Shown: in pieces, positions 26,701 to 43,329 of the stretch
How positions within the stretch are numbered: the first letter of the stretch is position 1
Layout: every line of letters begins with the position of its first letter
Assembly: GCA_964016885.1 (NCBI GenBank)
Contig: OZ024743.1
Coordinates: 130,200,001 to 130,264,000, forward strand
Source: Eledone cirrhosa
Lineage: Eukaryota
Length of the DNA: 64,000 nt
Direction of reading: 5' to 3'
Position numbers and translations under genes: made by a program
The notes under the pieces: generated by a model
Told to the model about the DNA's origin: nothing
The model's input: only the letters and a program-made list of their open reading frames with translations
The model's database searches: none

Positions 26701-27699
26701 ACCAAGCACCAAGCACCAAACCCCAAGCACCAAACACCAAGCACCAATCACCAAACACCAAACACCAAGAACCAAGCACCAAACACAAAACACCAAGCAC
26801 CAAGCACCAAACACCAAACACCAAGCACCAAGCACCAAACACCAAACACCAGGCTCCAAGCACAAAACACCAAGCACCAAGCACCAAGCACCAAGCACCA
26901 AACACCAAACACCAAACACCAAGCACCAAGCACCAAACACCAAGCACCAAGCACCAAGCAACAAACACCAAGCACCAAGCACCAAACACCAAGCAGCAAG
27001 CACGAAACACCAAGCACCAAGCACCGAGCACCAAACACCAAGTACCAAGCACCAATCACCAAACACCAAGCACCAAGCACCAAACACCAAACACCAAACA
27101 CCAAGCACCAAGCACCAAACACCAAATACCAAGCACCAAGCACTAAGCACCAAACACCAAGCACCAAGCACCAAGCATCAAGCACCAAGCACCAAACACC
27201 AAGCACCAAGCACCAAGCACCAAGCACCAAACACAAAACACCAAGTACCAAGCACCAAGCACCAGACACCAAACACCAAACACCAAGCACCAAGCACCAA
27301 TCACCAAGCACCAAGCACCAAACCCCAAGCACCAAACACCAAGCACCAATCACCAAACACCAAACACCAAGAACCAAGCACCAAACACCAAGCACCAAGC
27401 ACCAAGCACAAAACACCAAGCACCAAGCGCTAAACATAAAACACTAAGCACCAAGCACCAAGCACCAAGCACCAAACACCAAACATCAAACACCAATCAC
27501 CAAACATCAAACAGCAAACACCAAACACCAAACACCAAACATCAAACACCAAATAGCAAACACCAAACCGCAAACACCAAACACCAAACAGGAAACACCA
27601 AACACCAAACAGCGAACAGCAAACAGCAAACACCAAACACCAAGCACCAAGCACAAAACACCAAGCACCAAGCGCCAAACACCAAACACCAAGCACCAA

Positions 27700-30600
27700 T
27701 CACCAAACACCAAACACCAAGAACCAAACACCAAACACAAAACACCAAGCACCAAGCACCAAACACCAAGCACCAAGCACCAAGCACCAAACACCAAACA
27801 CCAAACACCAAGCACCTAGCACCAAACACCAAGCACCAAGCACCAAGCAACAAACACCAAGCACCAAGCACCAAACACCAAGCACCAAGCACGAAACACC
27901 AAGCACCAAGCACCGAGCACTAAACACCAAGTACCAAGCACTAATCACCAAACACCAAGCACCAAGCACCAAACACCAAACACCAAACACCTAGCACCAA
28001 GCACCAAACACCAAACACCAAGAACCAAGCACCAAACACCAAATACCAAGCACCAAGCACTAAACACCAAACACCAAGCACCAAGCACCAAGCATCAAGC
28101 ACCAAGCACCAAACACCAAGCACCAAGCACCAAGCACCAAGCACCAAACACAAAACACCAAGTACCAAGCACCAAGCACCAAACACCAAACACCAAACAC
28201 CAAGCACCAAGCACCAAACACCAAATACCAAGCTCCAAGCACCAAACACCAAATACCAAGCACCAAGCAACAAACACCAATCACCAAGCACCAAGCACCA
28301 AACCCCAAGCACCAAACACCAAGCACCAATCACCAAACACCAAACACCAAGAACCAAGCACCAAACACCAAGCACCAAGCACCAAGCACAAAACACCAAG
28401 CACCAAGCGCTAAACATAAAACACTAAGCACCAAGCACCAAGCACCAAGCACCAAACACCAAACATCAAACACCAATCACCAAACATCAAACAGCAAACA
28501 CCAAACACCAAACACCAAACATCAAACACCAAACAGCAAACAACAAACAACAAATGCCAAACTTCAAACGCCAAACACCAAACACCAAACCGCAAACACC
28601 AAACACCAAACAGGAAACACCAAACACCAAACAGCGACCACCAAACAGCAAACACCAAACACCAAGCACCAAGCACCAAGCACAAAACACCAAGCACCAA
28701 GCGCCAAACACCAAACACCAAGCACCAAGCACCAAACACCAAGCACCAAACACCAAACACCAATCACCAAGCGCCAAGCACCAAATACCAAGCACCAAGC
28801 ACTAAACACCAAACACCAAGCACCAAGCACCAAGCATCAAGCACCAAGCACCAAACACCAAGCACCAAGCACCAAGCACCAAGCACCAAACACAAAACAC
28901 CAAGTACCAAGCACCAAGCACCAAACACCAAACACCAAACACCAAGCACCAAGCACCAAACACCAAACACCAAGCACCAAGCACCAGACACCAAGCACCA
29001 AGCACCAAGCACCAATCACCAAACACCAAGCACGAAGCACCAAACACCAAACACCAAGCACGAAGCACCAAATACCAAACACCAAGCACCAAGCACCAAA
29101 CACCAAACACCAAGCACCAAGCACCAAGCACCAAACACCAAGCACCAAGCACCAAGCACCAAACACCAAGCACCAAATACCAAGCACCAGACACGAAGCA
29201 CCAATCACCAAATACCAAACACCAAGCACCAAGCACCAAACACCAAACACCAAACACCAGGCACCAAGCACCAATCACCAAGCACCAAGCACCAAGCACC
29301 AAACACCAAACACCAAACACCAGGCACCAAGCACCAAGCAGCAAGCACCAAGCACCAAGCACCAAGCACCAAACACCAAACACCAAGCACTAAGCACCAA
29401 ACACCAAACACCAAGCACAAAGCACCAAAGAGCAAAAACAAAGCACCAAGCACCAAACACCAAACACCAAACACCAAACACCAAACAGCAAACACCAAAC
29501 AGCAAACACCAAACAGCAAACAGCAAACACCAAACACCAAACACCAAGCACCAAGTACCAAGCACCAAACAACAACACCAAGCACCAAGCACCAAACACC
29601 AAGCACCAAGCACCAAACACCAAACACCAAGCTCCAAGCACCAAACACCAAACACCAAGCACCAAGCAGCAAACACCAATCACCAAGCACCAAGCACCAA
29701 ACACCAAGCACCAAACACCAAGCACCAATCACCAAACACCAAACACCAAGAACCAAGCACCAAACACAAAACACCAAGCACCAAGCACCAAACACCAAGC
29801 ACCAAGCACCAAGCACCAAACACCAAACACCAAACACCAAGCACCTAGCACCAAACACCAAGCACCAAGCACCAAGCAACAAACACCAAGCACCAAACAC
29901 CAAACACCAAGCACCAAGCACAAAACACCAAGCACCAAGCACCGAGCACCAAACACCAAGTACCAAGCACCAATCACCAAACACCAAGCACCAAGCACCA
30001 AACACCAAACACCAAACACCTAGCACCAAGCACCAAACACCAAACACCAAGAACCAAGCACCAAACACCAAATACCAAGCACCAAGCACTAAACACCAAA
30101 CACCAAGCAGCAAGCACCAAGCATCAAGCACCAAGCACCAAACACCAAGCACCAAGCACCAAGCACCAAGCACCAAACACAAAACACCAAGTACCAAGCA
30201 CCAAGCACCAAACACCAAACACCAAACACCAAGCACCAAGCACCAAACACCAAATACCAAGCTCCAAGCACCAAACACCAAATACCAAGCACCAAGCAAC
30301 AAACACCAATCACCAAGCACCAAGCACCAAACCCCAAGCACCAAACACCAAGCACCAATCACCAAACACCAAACACCAAGAACCAAGCACCAAACACCAA
30401 GCACCAAGCACCAAGCACAAAACACCAAGCACCAAGCGCTAAACATAAAACACTAAGCAACAAGCACCAAGCACCAAGCACCAAACACCAAACATCAAAC
30501 ACCAATCACCAAACATCAAACAGCAAACACCAAACACCAAACACCAAACATCAAACAGCAAACAGCAAACAACAAACAACAAATGCCAAACATCAAACGC

Positions 30601-31100
30601 CAAACACCAAACACCAAATAGCAAACACCAAACCGCAAACACCAAACACCAAACAGGAAACAGCAAACACCAAACAGCGAACACCAAACAGCAAACACCA
30701 AACACCAAGCACCAAGCACCAAGCACAAAACACCAAGCACCAAGCGCCAAACACCAAACACCAAGCACCAAGCACCAAACACCAAGCACCAAACACCAAA
30801 CACCAATCACCAAGCGCCAAACACCAAATACCAAGCACCAAGCACTAAACACCAAACACCAAGCAACAGGCACCAAGCATCAAGCACCAAGCACCAAACA
30901 CCAAGCACCAAGCACCAAGCACCAAGCACCAAACACAAAACACCAAGTACCAAGCACCAAGCACCAAACACCAAACACCAAACACCAAGCACCAAGCACC
31001 AAACACCAAACACCAAGCACCAAGCACCAGACACCAAGCACCAAGCACCAAGCACCGATCACCAAACACCAAGCACGAAGCACCAAACACCAAACACCAA
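27700..31100 (-). repeat. Tandem HOR of about 2.03 kb, repeated about 10 kb downstream as a pair of about 2.27 kb (37750-41300)
   Basis: Offsets 28060/30089 and 28410/30439 (2029); 38009/40274 and 38359/40624 (2265); 29679/39864 and 30439/40624 (10185). Confidence 0.85.
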
Positions 31101-34100
31101 GCACCAAGCACCAAACACCAAACACCAAGCACCAAACACCAAACACCAAACACCAAGCACCGAGCACCAAACACCAAGCACCAAGCACCAAGCACCAAAC
31201 ACCAAACACCAAGCTCCAAGCACCAAACACCAAACACCAAGCCCAAAGCACCAAACAGCCAACACCAAACAGCAAACACCAAACACCAAATAGCAAAAAC
31301 CAAAGAGCAAACTCCAAACACCAAACAGCAAACACAAAACACCAAACAGCAAACACCAAACAGCAAACTCCAAACACCATACACCAAGCACCAAGCACCA
31401 AATACCAAGCACCAAACACCAAACAGCCAACACCAAACAGCAAACACCAAACACCAAATAGCAAAAACCAAAGAGCAAACTCCAAACACCAAACAGCAAA
31501 CACAAAACACCAAACAGCAAACACCAAACAGCAAACTCCAAACACCATACACCAAGCACCAAGCACCAAATACCAAGCACCAAACACCAAGCACCAATCA
31601 CCAAACACCAAACACCAAGCACCAAGCACCAAACACCAAAAACCAAGCACCAAGCACCAAGCACCAAACACCATACGCCAAACACCAAACACCAAGCACC
31701 AAGCACCAAACACCAAGCACCAAGCGCCAAAGACCAAACACCAAGCACCAAGCACGAAACACCAAGCACCAAGCACCGAGCACCAAACACCATGTACCAA
31801 GCACCAATCACCAAACACCAAGCAACAAGCACCAAACACCAAACACCAAACACCAACCACCAAGCACCAAACACCAAACACCAAGAACCAACCACCAAAC
31901 ACCAAATACCAAGCACCAAGCACTAAACACCAAACACCAAGCATCATGCACCAAGCATCAAGCACCAAGCACCAAACACCAAGCACCAAGCACCAAGCAC
32001 CAAGCACCAAACACAAAACACCAAGTACCAAGCACCAAGCACCAAACACCAAACACCAAACACCAAGCACCAAGCACCAAACACCAAACACCAAGCACCA
32101 AGCACCAGACACCAAGCACCAAGCAACAAGCACCAAGGACCAAACACCAAACACCAAACACCAAACACCAGGCACAAAGCACCAAACACCAAGCACCAAG
32201 CACCAAAAACCAAAGACCAAGCACAAAGCACCAAAGAGCAAACACCAAACAGCAAACACCAAACACCAAACACCAAACAGCAAACACCAAACAGCAAACA
32301 CCAAACACCAAATAGCAAACACCAAAGGGCAAACTCCAAACACCAAACAGCAAACACAAAACACCAAACAGCAAACAACAAACAGCAAACACCAAAGAGC
32401 AAACAGCAAACACCAAACACCAAACACCAAGCACCAAGCACCAAGCACCAAACACCAACACCAAGCACCAAGCACCAAACACCAAGCACCAAGCACCAAA
32501 CACCAAACACCAAGCTCCAAGCACCAAACACCAAACACCAAGCACCAAGCACCAAACACCAATCACCAAGCACCAAGCACCAAACCCCAAGCACCAAACA
32601 CCAAGCACAAAACACCAAGCACCAAGCACCAAACACCAAACATCAAACACCAATCACCAAACATCAAACAGCAAACACCAAACACCAAACACCAAACATC
32701 AAACACCAAACAGCAAACAACAAACAACAAACGCCAAACATCAAACGCCAAACACCAAACACCAAATAGCAAACACCAAACCGCAAACACCAAACACCAA
32801 ACACCAAACAACAAACACCAAGCACCTAGCACCAAACACCAAGCACCAAGCACCAAGCAACAAACACCAAGCACCAAGCACCAAACACCAAGCACCAAGC
32901 ACGAAACACCAAGCACCAAGCACTGAGCACCAAACACCAAGTACCAAGCACCAATCACCAAACACCAAGCACCAAGCACCAAACACCAAACACCAAACAC
33001 CTAGCACCAAGCACCAAACACCAAACACCAAGAACCAAGCACCAAACACCAAATACCAAGCACCAAGCACTAAACACCAAACACCAAGCACCAAGCACCA
33101 AGCATCAAGCACCAAGCACCAAACATCAAGCACCAAGCACCAAGCACCAAGCACCAAACACAAAACACCAAGTACCAAGCACCAAGCACCAAACACCAAA
33201 CACCAAACACCAAGCACCAAGCACCAAACACCAAACACCAAGCACCAAGCACCAGACACCAAGCACCAAGCACCAAGCACCAAGGACCAAACACCAAACA
33301 CCAAACACCAAACACCAGGCACAAAGCACCAAACACCAAGCACCAAGCACCAAAAACCAAAGACCAAGCACAAAGCACCAAAGAGCAAACACCAAACAGC
33401 AAACACCAAACACCAAACACCAAACAGCAAACACCAAACAGCAAACACCAAACACCAAATAGCAAACACCAAAGGGCAAACTCCAAACACCAAACAGCAA
33501 ACACAAAACACCAAACAGCAAACAACAAACAGCAAACACCAAAGAGCAAACAGCAAACACCAAACACCAAACACCAAGCACCAAGCACCAAGCACCAAAC
33601 ACCAACACCAAGCACCAAGCACCAAACACCAAGCACCAAGCACCAAACACCAAACACCAAGCTCCAAGCACCAAACACCAAACACCAAGCACCAAGCACC
33701 AAACACCAATCACCAAGCACCAAGCACCAAACCCCAAGCACCAAACACCAAGCACAAAACACCAAGCACCAAGCACCAAACACCAAACATCAAACACCAA
33801 ACAGCAAACAACAAACAACAAACGCCAAACATCAAACGCCAAACACCAAACACCAAATAGCAAACACCAAACCGCAAACACCAAACACCAAACACCAAAC
33901 ACCAAACACCAAGCACCTAGCACCAAACACCAAGCACCAAGCACCAAGCAACAGACACCAAGCACCAAGCACCAAACACCAAGCACCAAGCACGAAACAC
34001 CAAGCACCAAGCACCGAGCACCAAACACCAAGTACCAAGCACCAATCACCAAACACCAAGCACCAAGCACCAAACACCAAACACCAAACACCTAGCACCA

Positions 34101-37100
34101 AGCACCAAACACCAAACACCAAGAACCAAGCACCAAACACCAAATACCAAGCACCAAGCACTAAACACCAAACACCAAGCAGCAAGCACCAAGCATCAAG
34201 CACCAAGCACCAAACACCAAGCACCAAGCACCAAGCACCAAGCACCAAACACAAAACACCAAGTACCAAGCACCAAGCACCAAACACCAAACACCAAACA
34301 CCAAGCACCAAGCACCAAACACCAAATACCAAGCTCCAAGCACCAAACACCAAATACCAAGCACCAAGCAACAAACACCAATCACCAAGCACCAAGCACC
34401 AAACCCCAAGCACCAAACACCAAGCACCAATCACCAAACACCAAACACCAAGAACCAAGCACCAAACACCAAGCACCAAGCACCAAGCACAAAACACCAA
34501 GCACCAAGCGCTAAACATAAAACACTAAGCAACAAGCACCAAGCACCAAGCACCAAACACCAAACATCAAACACCAATCACCAAACATCAAACAGCAAAC
34601 ACCAAACACCAAACACCAAACATCAAACAGCAAACAGCAAACAACAAACAACAAATGCCAAACATCAAACGCCAAACACCAAACACCAAATAGCAAACAC
34701 CAAACCGCAAACACCAAACACCAAACAGGAAACAGCAAACACCAAACAGCGAACACCAAACAGCAAACACCAAACACCAAGCACCAAGCACCAAGCACAA
34801 AACACCAAGCACCAAGCGCCAAACACCAAACACCAAGCACCAAGCACCAAACACCAAGCACCAAACACCAAACACCAATCACCAAGCGCCAAACACCAAA
34901 TACCAAGCACCAAGCACTAAACACCAAACACCAAGCAACAGGCACCAAGCATCAAGCACCAAGCACCAAACACCAAGCACCAAGCACCAAGCACCAAGCA
35001 CCAAACACAAAACACCAAGTACCAAGCACCAAGCACCAAACACCAAACACCAAACACCAAGCACCAAGCACCAAACACCAAACACCAAGCACCAAGCACC
35101 AGACACCAAGCACCAAGCACCAAGCACCAATCACCAAACACCAAGCACGAAGCACCAAACACCAAACACCAAGCACCAAGCACCAAACACTAAACACCAA
35201 GCACCAAACACCAAACACCAAACACCAAGCACCGAGCACCAAACACCAAGCACCAAGCACCAAGCACCAAACACCAAACACCAAGCTCCAAGCACCAAAC
35301 ACCAAACACCAAGCCCAAAGCACCAAAGAGCAGAAACAAAACACCAAGCACCAAACACCAAACACCAAGCACCAAACACCAAACAGCCAACACCAAACAG
35401 CAAACACCAAACACAAAATAGCAAAAACCAAAGAGCAAACTCCAAACACCAAACAGCAAACACAAAACACCAAACAGCAAACACCAAACAGCAAACTCCA
35501 AACACCAAACACCAAGCACCAAGCACCAAATACCAAGCACCAAACACCAAGCACCAATCACCAAACACCAAACACCAAGCACCAAGCACCAAACACCAAA
35601 AACCAAGCACCAAGCACCAAGCACCAAACACCATACGCCAAACACCAAACACCAAGCACCAAGCACCAAACACCAAGCACCAAGCGCCAAAGACCAAACA
35701 CCAAGCACCAAGCACGAAACACCAAGCACCAAGCACCAACCACCAAACACCAAATACCAAGCACCAAGCACTAAACACCAAACACCAAGCATCATGCACC
35801 AAGCATCAAGCACCAAGCACCAAACACCAAGCACCAAGCACCAAGCACCAAGCACCAAACACAAAACACCAAGTACCAAGCACCAAGCACCAAACACCAA
35901 ACACCAAACACCAAGCACCAAGCACCAAACACCAAACACCAAGCACCAAGCACCAGACACCAAGCACCAAGCAACAAGCACCAAGGACCAAACACCAAAC
36001 ACCAAACACCAAACACCAGGCACAAAGCACCAAACACCAAGCACCAAGCACCAAAAACCAAAGACCAAGCACAAAGCACCAAAGAGCAAACACCAAACAG
36101 CAAACACCAAACACCAAACACCAAACAGCAAACACCAAACAGCAAACACCAAACACCAAATAGCAAACACCAAAGGGCAAACTCCAAACACCAAACAGCA
36201 AACACAAAACACCAAACAGCAAACAACAAACAGCAAACACCAAAGAGCAAACAGCAAACACCAAACACCAAACACCAAGCACCAAGCACCAAGCACCAAA
36301 CACCAACACCAAGCACCAAGCACCAAACACCAAGCACCAAGCACCAAACACCAAACACCAAGCTCCAAGCACCAAACACCAAACACCAAGCACCAAGCAC
36401 AAAACACCAATCACCAAGCACCAAGCACCAAACCCCAAGCACCAAACACCAAGCACAAAACACCAAGCACCAAGCACCAAACACCAAACATCAAACACCA
36501 ATCACCAAACATCAAACAGCAAACACCAAACACCAAACACCAAACATCAAACACCAAACAGCAAACAACAAACAACAAACGCCAAACATCAAACGCCAAA
36601 CACCAAACACCAAATAGCAAACACCAAACCGCAAACACCAAACACCAAACACCAAACACCAAACACCAAACACCTAGCACCAAACACCAAGCACCAAGCA
36701 CCAAGCAACAAACACCAAGCACCAAGCACCAAACACCAAGCACCAAGCACGAAACACCAAGCACCAAGCACCGAGCACCAAACACCAAGTACCAAGCACC
36801 AATCACCAAACACCAAGCACCAAGCACCAAACACCAAACACCAAACACCTAGCACCAAGCACCAAACACCAAACACCAAGAACCAAGCACCAAACACCAA
36901 ATACCAAGCACCAAGCACTAAACACCAAACACCAAGCACCAAGCACCAAGCATCAAGCACCAAGCACCAAACATCAAGCACCAAGCACCAAGCACCAAGC
37001 ACCAAACACAAAACACCAAGTACCAAGCACCAAGCACCAAACACCAAACACCAAACACCAAGCACCAAGCACCAAACACCAAACACCAAGCACCAAGCAC

Positions 37101-39000
37101 CAGACACCAAGCACCAAGCACCAAGCACCAAGGACCAAACACCAAACACCAAACACCAAACACCAGGCACAAAGCACCAAACACCAAGCACCAAGCACCA
37201 AAAACCAAAGACCAAGCACAAAGCACCAAAGAGCAAACACCAAACAGCAAACACCAAACACCAAACACCAAACAGCAAACACCAAACAGCAAACACCAAA
37301 CACCAAATAGCAAACACCAAAGGGCAAACTCCAAACACCAAACAGCAAACACAAAACACCAAACAGCAAACAACAAACAGCAAACACCAAAGAGCAAACA
37401 GCAAACACCAAACACCAAACACCAAGCACCAAGCACCAAGCACCAAACACCAACACCAAGCACCAAGCACCAAACACCAAGCACCAAGCACCAAACACCA
37501 AACACCAAGTTCCAAGCACCAAACACCAAACACCAAGCACCAAGCACCAAACACCAATCACCAAGCACCAAGCACCAAACCCCAAGCACCAAACACCAAG
37601 CACAAAACACCAAGCACCAAGCAGCAAACACCAAACATCAAACACCAAACAGCAAACAACAAACAACAAACGCCAAACATCAAACGCCAAACACCAAACA
37701 CCAAATAGCAAACACCAAACCGCAAACACCAAACACCAAACACCAAACACCAAACACCAAGCACCTAGCACCAAACACCAAGCACCAAGCACCAAGCAAC
37801 AAACACCAAGCACCAAGCACCAAACACCAAGCACCAAGCACGAAACACCAAGCACCAAGCACCGAGCACCAAACACCAAGTACCAAGCACCAATCACCAA
37901 ACACCAAGCACCAAGCACCAAACACCAAACACCAAACACCTAGCACCAAGCACCAAACACCAAACACCAAGAACCAAGCACCAAACACCAAATACCAAGC
38001 ACCAAGCACTAAACACCAAACACCAAGCACCAAGCACCAAGCATCAAGCACCAAGCACCAAACACCAAGCACCAAGCACCAAGCACCAAGCACCAAACAC
38101 AAAACACCAAGTACCAAGCACCAAGCACCAAACACCAAACACCAAACACCAAGCACCAAGCACCAAACACCAAATACCAAGCTCCAAGCACCAAACACCA
38201 AATACCAAGCACCAAGCAACAAACACCAATCACCAAGCACCAAGCACCAAACCCCAAGCACCAAACACCAAGCACCAATCACCAAACACCAAACACCAAG
38301 AACCAAGCACCAAACACCAAGCACCAAGCACCAAGCACAAAACACCAAGCACCAAGCGCTAAACATAAAACACTAAGCACCAAGCACCAAGCACCAAGCA
38401 CCAAACACCAAACATCAAACACCAATCACCAAACATCAAACAGCAAACACCAAACACCAAACACCAAACATCAAACACCAAACAGCAAACAACAAACAAC
38501 AAATGCCAAACTTCAAACGCCAAACACCAAACACCAAATAGCAAACACCAAACCGCAAACACCAAACACCAAACAGGAAACACCAAACACAAAACAGCGA
38601 ACACCAAACAGCAAACACCAAACACCAAGCACCAAGCACCAAGCACAAAACACCAAGCACCAAGCGCCAAACACCAAACACCAAGCACCAAGCACCAAAC
38701 ACCAAGCACCAAACACCAAACACCAATCACCAAGCGCCAAACACCAAATACCAAGCACCAAGCACTAAACACCAAACACCAAGCACCAAGCACCAAGCAT
38801 CAAGCACCAAACACCAAGCACCAAGCACCAAGCACCAAGCACCAAACACAAAACACCAAGTACCAAGCACCAAGCACCAAACACCAAACACCAAACACCA
38901 AGCACCAAGCACCAAACACCAAACACCAAGCACCAAGCACCAGACACCAAGCACCAAGCACCAAGCACCAATCACCAAACACCAAGCACGAAGCACCAAA
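29800..39000 (-). repeat. HOR of about 3.85-4.07 kb, a little over two tandem copies, each with an internal 1147-bp duplication
   Basis: Offsets 30439/34511 (4072); 31946/35794, 33709/37557 and 34511/38359 (3848). Internal pairs 32562/33709 and 36410/37557 (1147), marked by CCAAAGGGCAAACTCC. Confidence 0.9.
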
Positions 39001-42000
39001 CACCAAACACCAAGCACCAAGCACCAAACACCAAACACCAAGCACCAAGCACCAAGCACCAAACACCAAGTACCAAGCACCAAGCACCAAACACCAAACA
39101 CCAAACACCAAGCACCAAGCACCAAACACCAAACACCAAGCACCAAGCACCAGACACCAAGCACCAAACACCAAGCACCAATCACCAAACACCAAGCACG
39201 AAGCACCAAATACCAAACACCAAGCACCAAGCACCAAACACCAAACACCAAGCACCAAGCACCAAACACCAAATACCAAGCACCAAGCACCAAGCACCAA
39301 ACACCAAGCACCAAGCACCAAGCACCAAGAACCAAGCACCAAATACCAAGCACCAGACACGAAGCACCAATCACCAAATACCAAACACCAAGCACCAAGC
39401 ACCAAACACCAAACACCAAACACCAGGCACCAAGCACCAATCACCAAGCACCAAGCAAAACACAAAGCACCAAGCACCAAGCACCAAACACCAAACACCA
39501 AACACCAGGCACCAAGCACCAAGCAGCAAGCACCAAGCACCAAGCACCAAGCACCAAAGACCAAACACCAAGCACTAAGCACCAAACACCAAACACCAAG
39601 CACAAAGCACCAAAGAGCAAAAACAAATCACCAAGCACCAAACACCAAACACCAAACACCAAACACCAAACAGCAAACACCAAACAGCAAACACCAAACA
39701 GCAAACAGCAAACACCAAACACCAAACACCAAGCACCAAGTACCAAGCACCAAACAACAACACCAAGCACCAAGCACCAAACACCAAGCACCAAGCACCA
39801 AACACCAAACACCAAGCTCCAAGCACCAAACACCAAACACCAAGCACCAAGCAGCAAACACCAATCACCAAGCACCAAGCACCAAACACCAAGCACCAAA
39901 CACCAAGCACCAATCACCAAACACCAAACACCAAGAACCAAGCACCAAACACAAAACACCAAGCACCAAGCACCAAACACCAAGCACCAAGCACCAAGCA
40001 CCAAACACCAAACACCAAACACCAAGCACCTAGCACCAAACACCAAGCACCAAGCACCAAGCAACAAACACCCAGCACCAAGCACCAAACACCAAGCACC
40101 AAGCACAAAACACCAAGCACCAAGCACCGAGCACCAAACACCAAGTACCAAGCACCAATCACCAAACACCAAGCACCAAGCACCAAACACCAAACACCAA
40201 ACACCTAGCACCAAGCACCAAACACCAAACACCAAGAACCAAGCACCAAACACCAAATACCAAGCACCAAGCACTAAACACCAAACACCAAGCACCAAGC
40301 ACCAAGCATCAAGCACCAAGCACCAAACACCAAGCACCAAGCACCAAGCACCAAGCACCAAACACAAAACACCAAGTACCAAGCACCAAGCACCAAACAC
40401 CAAACACCAAACACCAAGCACCAAGCACCAAACACCAAATACCAAGCTCCAAGCACCAAACACCAAATACCAAGCACCAAGCAACAAACACCAATCACCA
40501 AGCACCAAGCACCAAACCCCAAGCACCAAACACCAAGCACCAATCACCAAACACCAAACACCAAGAACCAAGCACCAAACACCAAGCACCAAGCACCAAG
40601 CACAAAACACCAAGCACCAAGCGCTAAACATAAAACACTAAGCACCAAGCACCAAGCACCAAGCACCAAACACCAAACATCAAACACCAATCACCAAACA
40701 TCAAACAGCAAACACCAAACACCAAACACCAAACATCAAACACCAAACAGCAAACAACAAACAACAAATGCCAAACTTCAAACGCCAAACACCAAACACC
40801 AAATAGCAAACACCAAACCGCAAACACCAAACACCAAACAGGAAACACCAAACACCAAACAGCGAACACCAAACAGTAAACACCAAACACCAAGCACCAA
40901 GCACCAAGCACAAAACACCAAGCACCAAGCGCCAAACACCAAACACCAAGCACCAAGCACCAAACACCAAGCACCAAACACCAAACACCAATCACCAAGC
41001 GCCAAACACCAAATACCAAGCACCAAGCACTAAACACCAAACACCAAGCACCAAGCACCAAGCATCAAGCACCAAGCACCAAACACCAAGCACCAAGCAC
41101 CAAGCACCAAGCACCAAACACAAAACACCAAGTACCAAGCACCAAGCACCAAACACCAAACACCAAACACCAAGCACCAAGCACCAAACACCAAACACCA
41201 AGCACCAAGCACCAGACACCAAGCACCAAGCACCAAGCACCAATCACCAAACACCAAGCACGAAGCACCAAACACCAAACACCAAGCACCAAGCACCAAA
41301 CACCAAACACCAAGCACCAAGCACCAAACACCAAATACCAAGCACCAAGCACCAAGCACCAAGCACCAACACCAAGCACCGAGCACCAAGCACCAAACAC
41401 CAAGCACCAAGCACCACACATCAAACACCAAGCACCATGCACCAAACACCAAACACCAAACAGCAAACAGCAAACACCAAACACCAAACACCAAGCACCA
41501 AGCACCAAGCACCAAACAACAACACCAAGCACCAAGCACCAAACACCAAGCACCAAGCACCAAATACCAAACACCAAGCTCCAAGCACCAAACACCAAGC
41601 ACCAAGCACCAAACACCAATCACCAAGCACCAAGCACGAAACCCCAAGCACCAAACACCAAGCACCAATCACCAAACACCAAACACCAAGAACCAAGCAC
41701 CAAACACAAAACATCAAGCACCAAGCACCAAACACCAAGCACCAAGCACCAAGCACCAAACACCAAGCACCAAGTACCAAACACCAAACACCAAGCACCA
41801 AGCACCAAACACCAAACACCAAGCACCAAGCACCAAACACTAAACACCAGGCTCCAAGCACAAAACACCAAGCACCAAGCACCAAGCACCAAACACCAAA
41901 CACCAAACACCAAGCACCGAGCACCAAACACCAAGCACCAAGCACCAAGCACCAAACACCAAACACCAAGCTCCAAGCACCAAACACCAAACACCAAGCC

Positions 42001-43329
42001 CAAAGCACCAAAGAGCAGAAACAAAACACCAAGCACCAAACACCAAACACCAAGCACCAAACACCAAACAGCCAACACCAAACAGCAAACTCCAAACACC
42101 AAACAGCAAACACAAAACACCAAACAGCTAACACCAAACAGCAAACTCCAAAGACCAAACACCAAGCACCAAGCACGAAACACCAAGCACCAAGCACCGA
42201 GCACCAAACACCATGTACCAAGCACCAATCACCAAACACCAAGCACCAAGCACCAAACACCAAACACCAAACACCAAGCACCAAGCACCAAACACCAAAC
42301 ACCAAGAACCAACCACCAAACACCAAATACCAAGCACCAAGCACTAAACACCAAACACCAAGCATCATGCACCAAGCATCAAGCACCAAGCACCAAACAC
42401 CAAGCACCAAGCACCAAGCACCAAGCACCAAACACAAAACACCAAGTACCAAGCACCAAGCACCAAACACCACACACCAAACACCAAGCACCGAGCACCA
42501 AACACCAAGCACCAAGCACCAAGCATCAAACACCAAACACCAAGCACCAAGCACCAAACACCAAACACCAAGCCCAAAGCACCAAAGAGCAAAAACAAAA
42601 CACCAAGCACCAAACACCAAACACCAAGCACCAAACACCAAACAGCCAACACCAAACAGCAAACACCAAACACCAAATAGCAAAAACCAAAGAGCAAACT
42701 CCAAACACCAAACAGCAAACACAAAACACCAAACAGCAAACACCAAACAGCAAACACCAAACACCAAACACCAAGCACCAAGCACCAAATACCAAGCACC
42801 AAACACCAAGCACCAATCACCAAACACCAAACACCAAGCACCAAGCACCAAACACCAAAAACCAAGCACCAAGCACCAAGCACCAAACACCATACGCCAA
42901 ACACCAAACACCAAGCACCAAGCACCAAACACCAAGCACCAAGCGCCAAAGACCAAACACCAAGCACCAAGCACGAAACACCAAGCACCAAGCACCGAGC
43001 ACCAAACACCATGTACCAAGCACCAATCACCAAACACCAAGCACCAAGCACCAAACACCAAACACCAAACACCAAGCACCAAGCACCAAACACCAAACAC
43101 CAAGCACCAAACACCAAATACCAAGCACCAAGCACTAAACACCAAACACCAAGCATCATGCACCAAGCATCAAGCACCAAGCACCAAACACCAAGCACCA
43201 AGCACCAAGCACCAAGCACCAAACACAAAACACCAAGTACCAAGCACCAAGCACCAAACACCAAACACCAAACACCAAGCACCAAGCACCAAACACCAAA
43301 CACCAAGCACCAAGCACCAGACACCAAGC

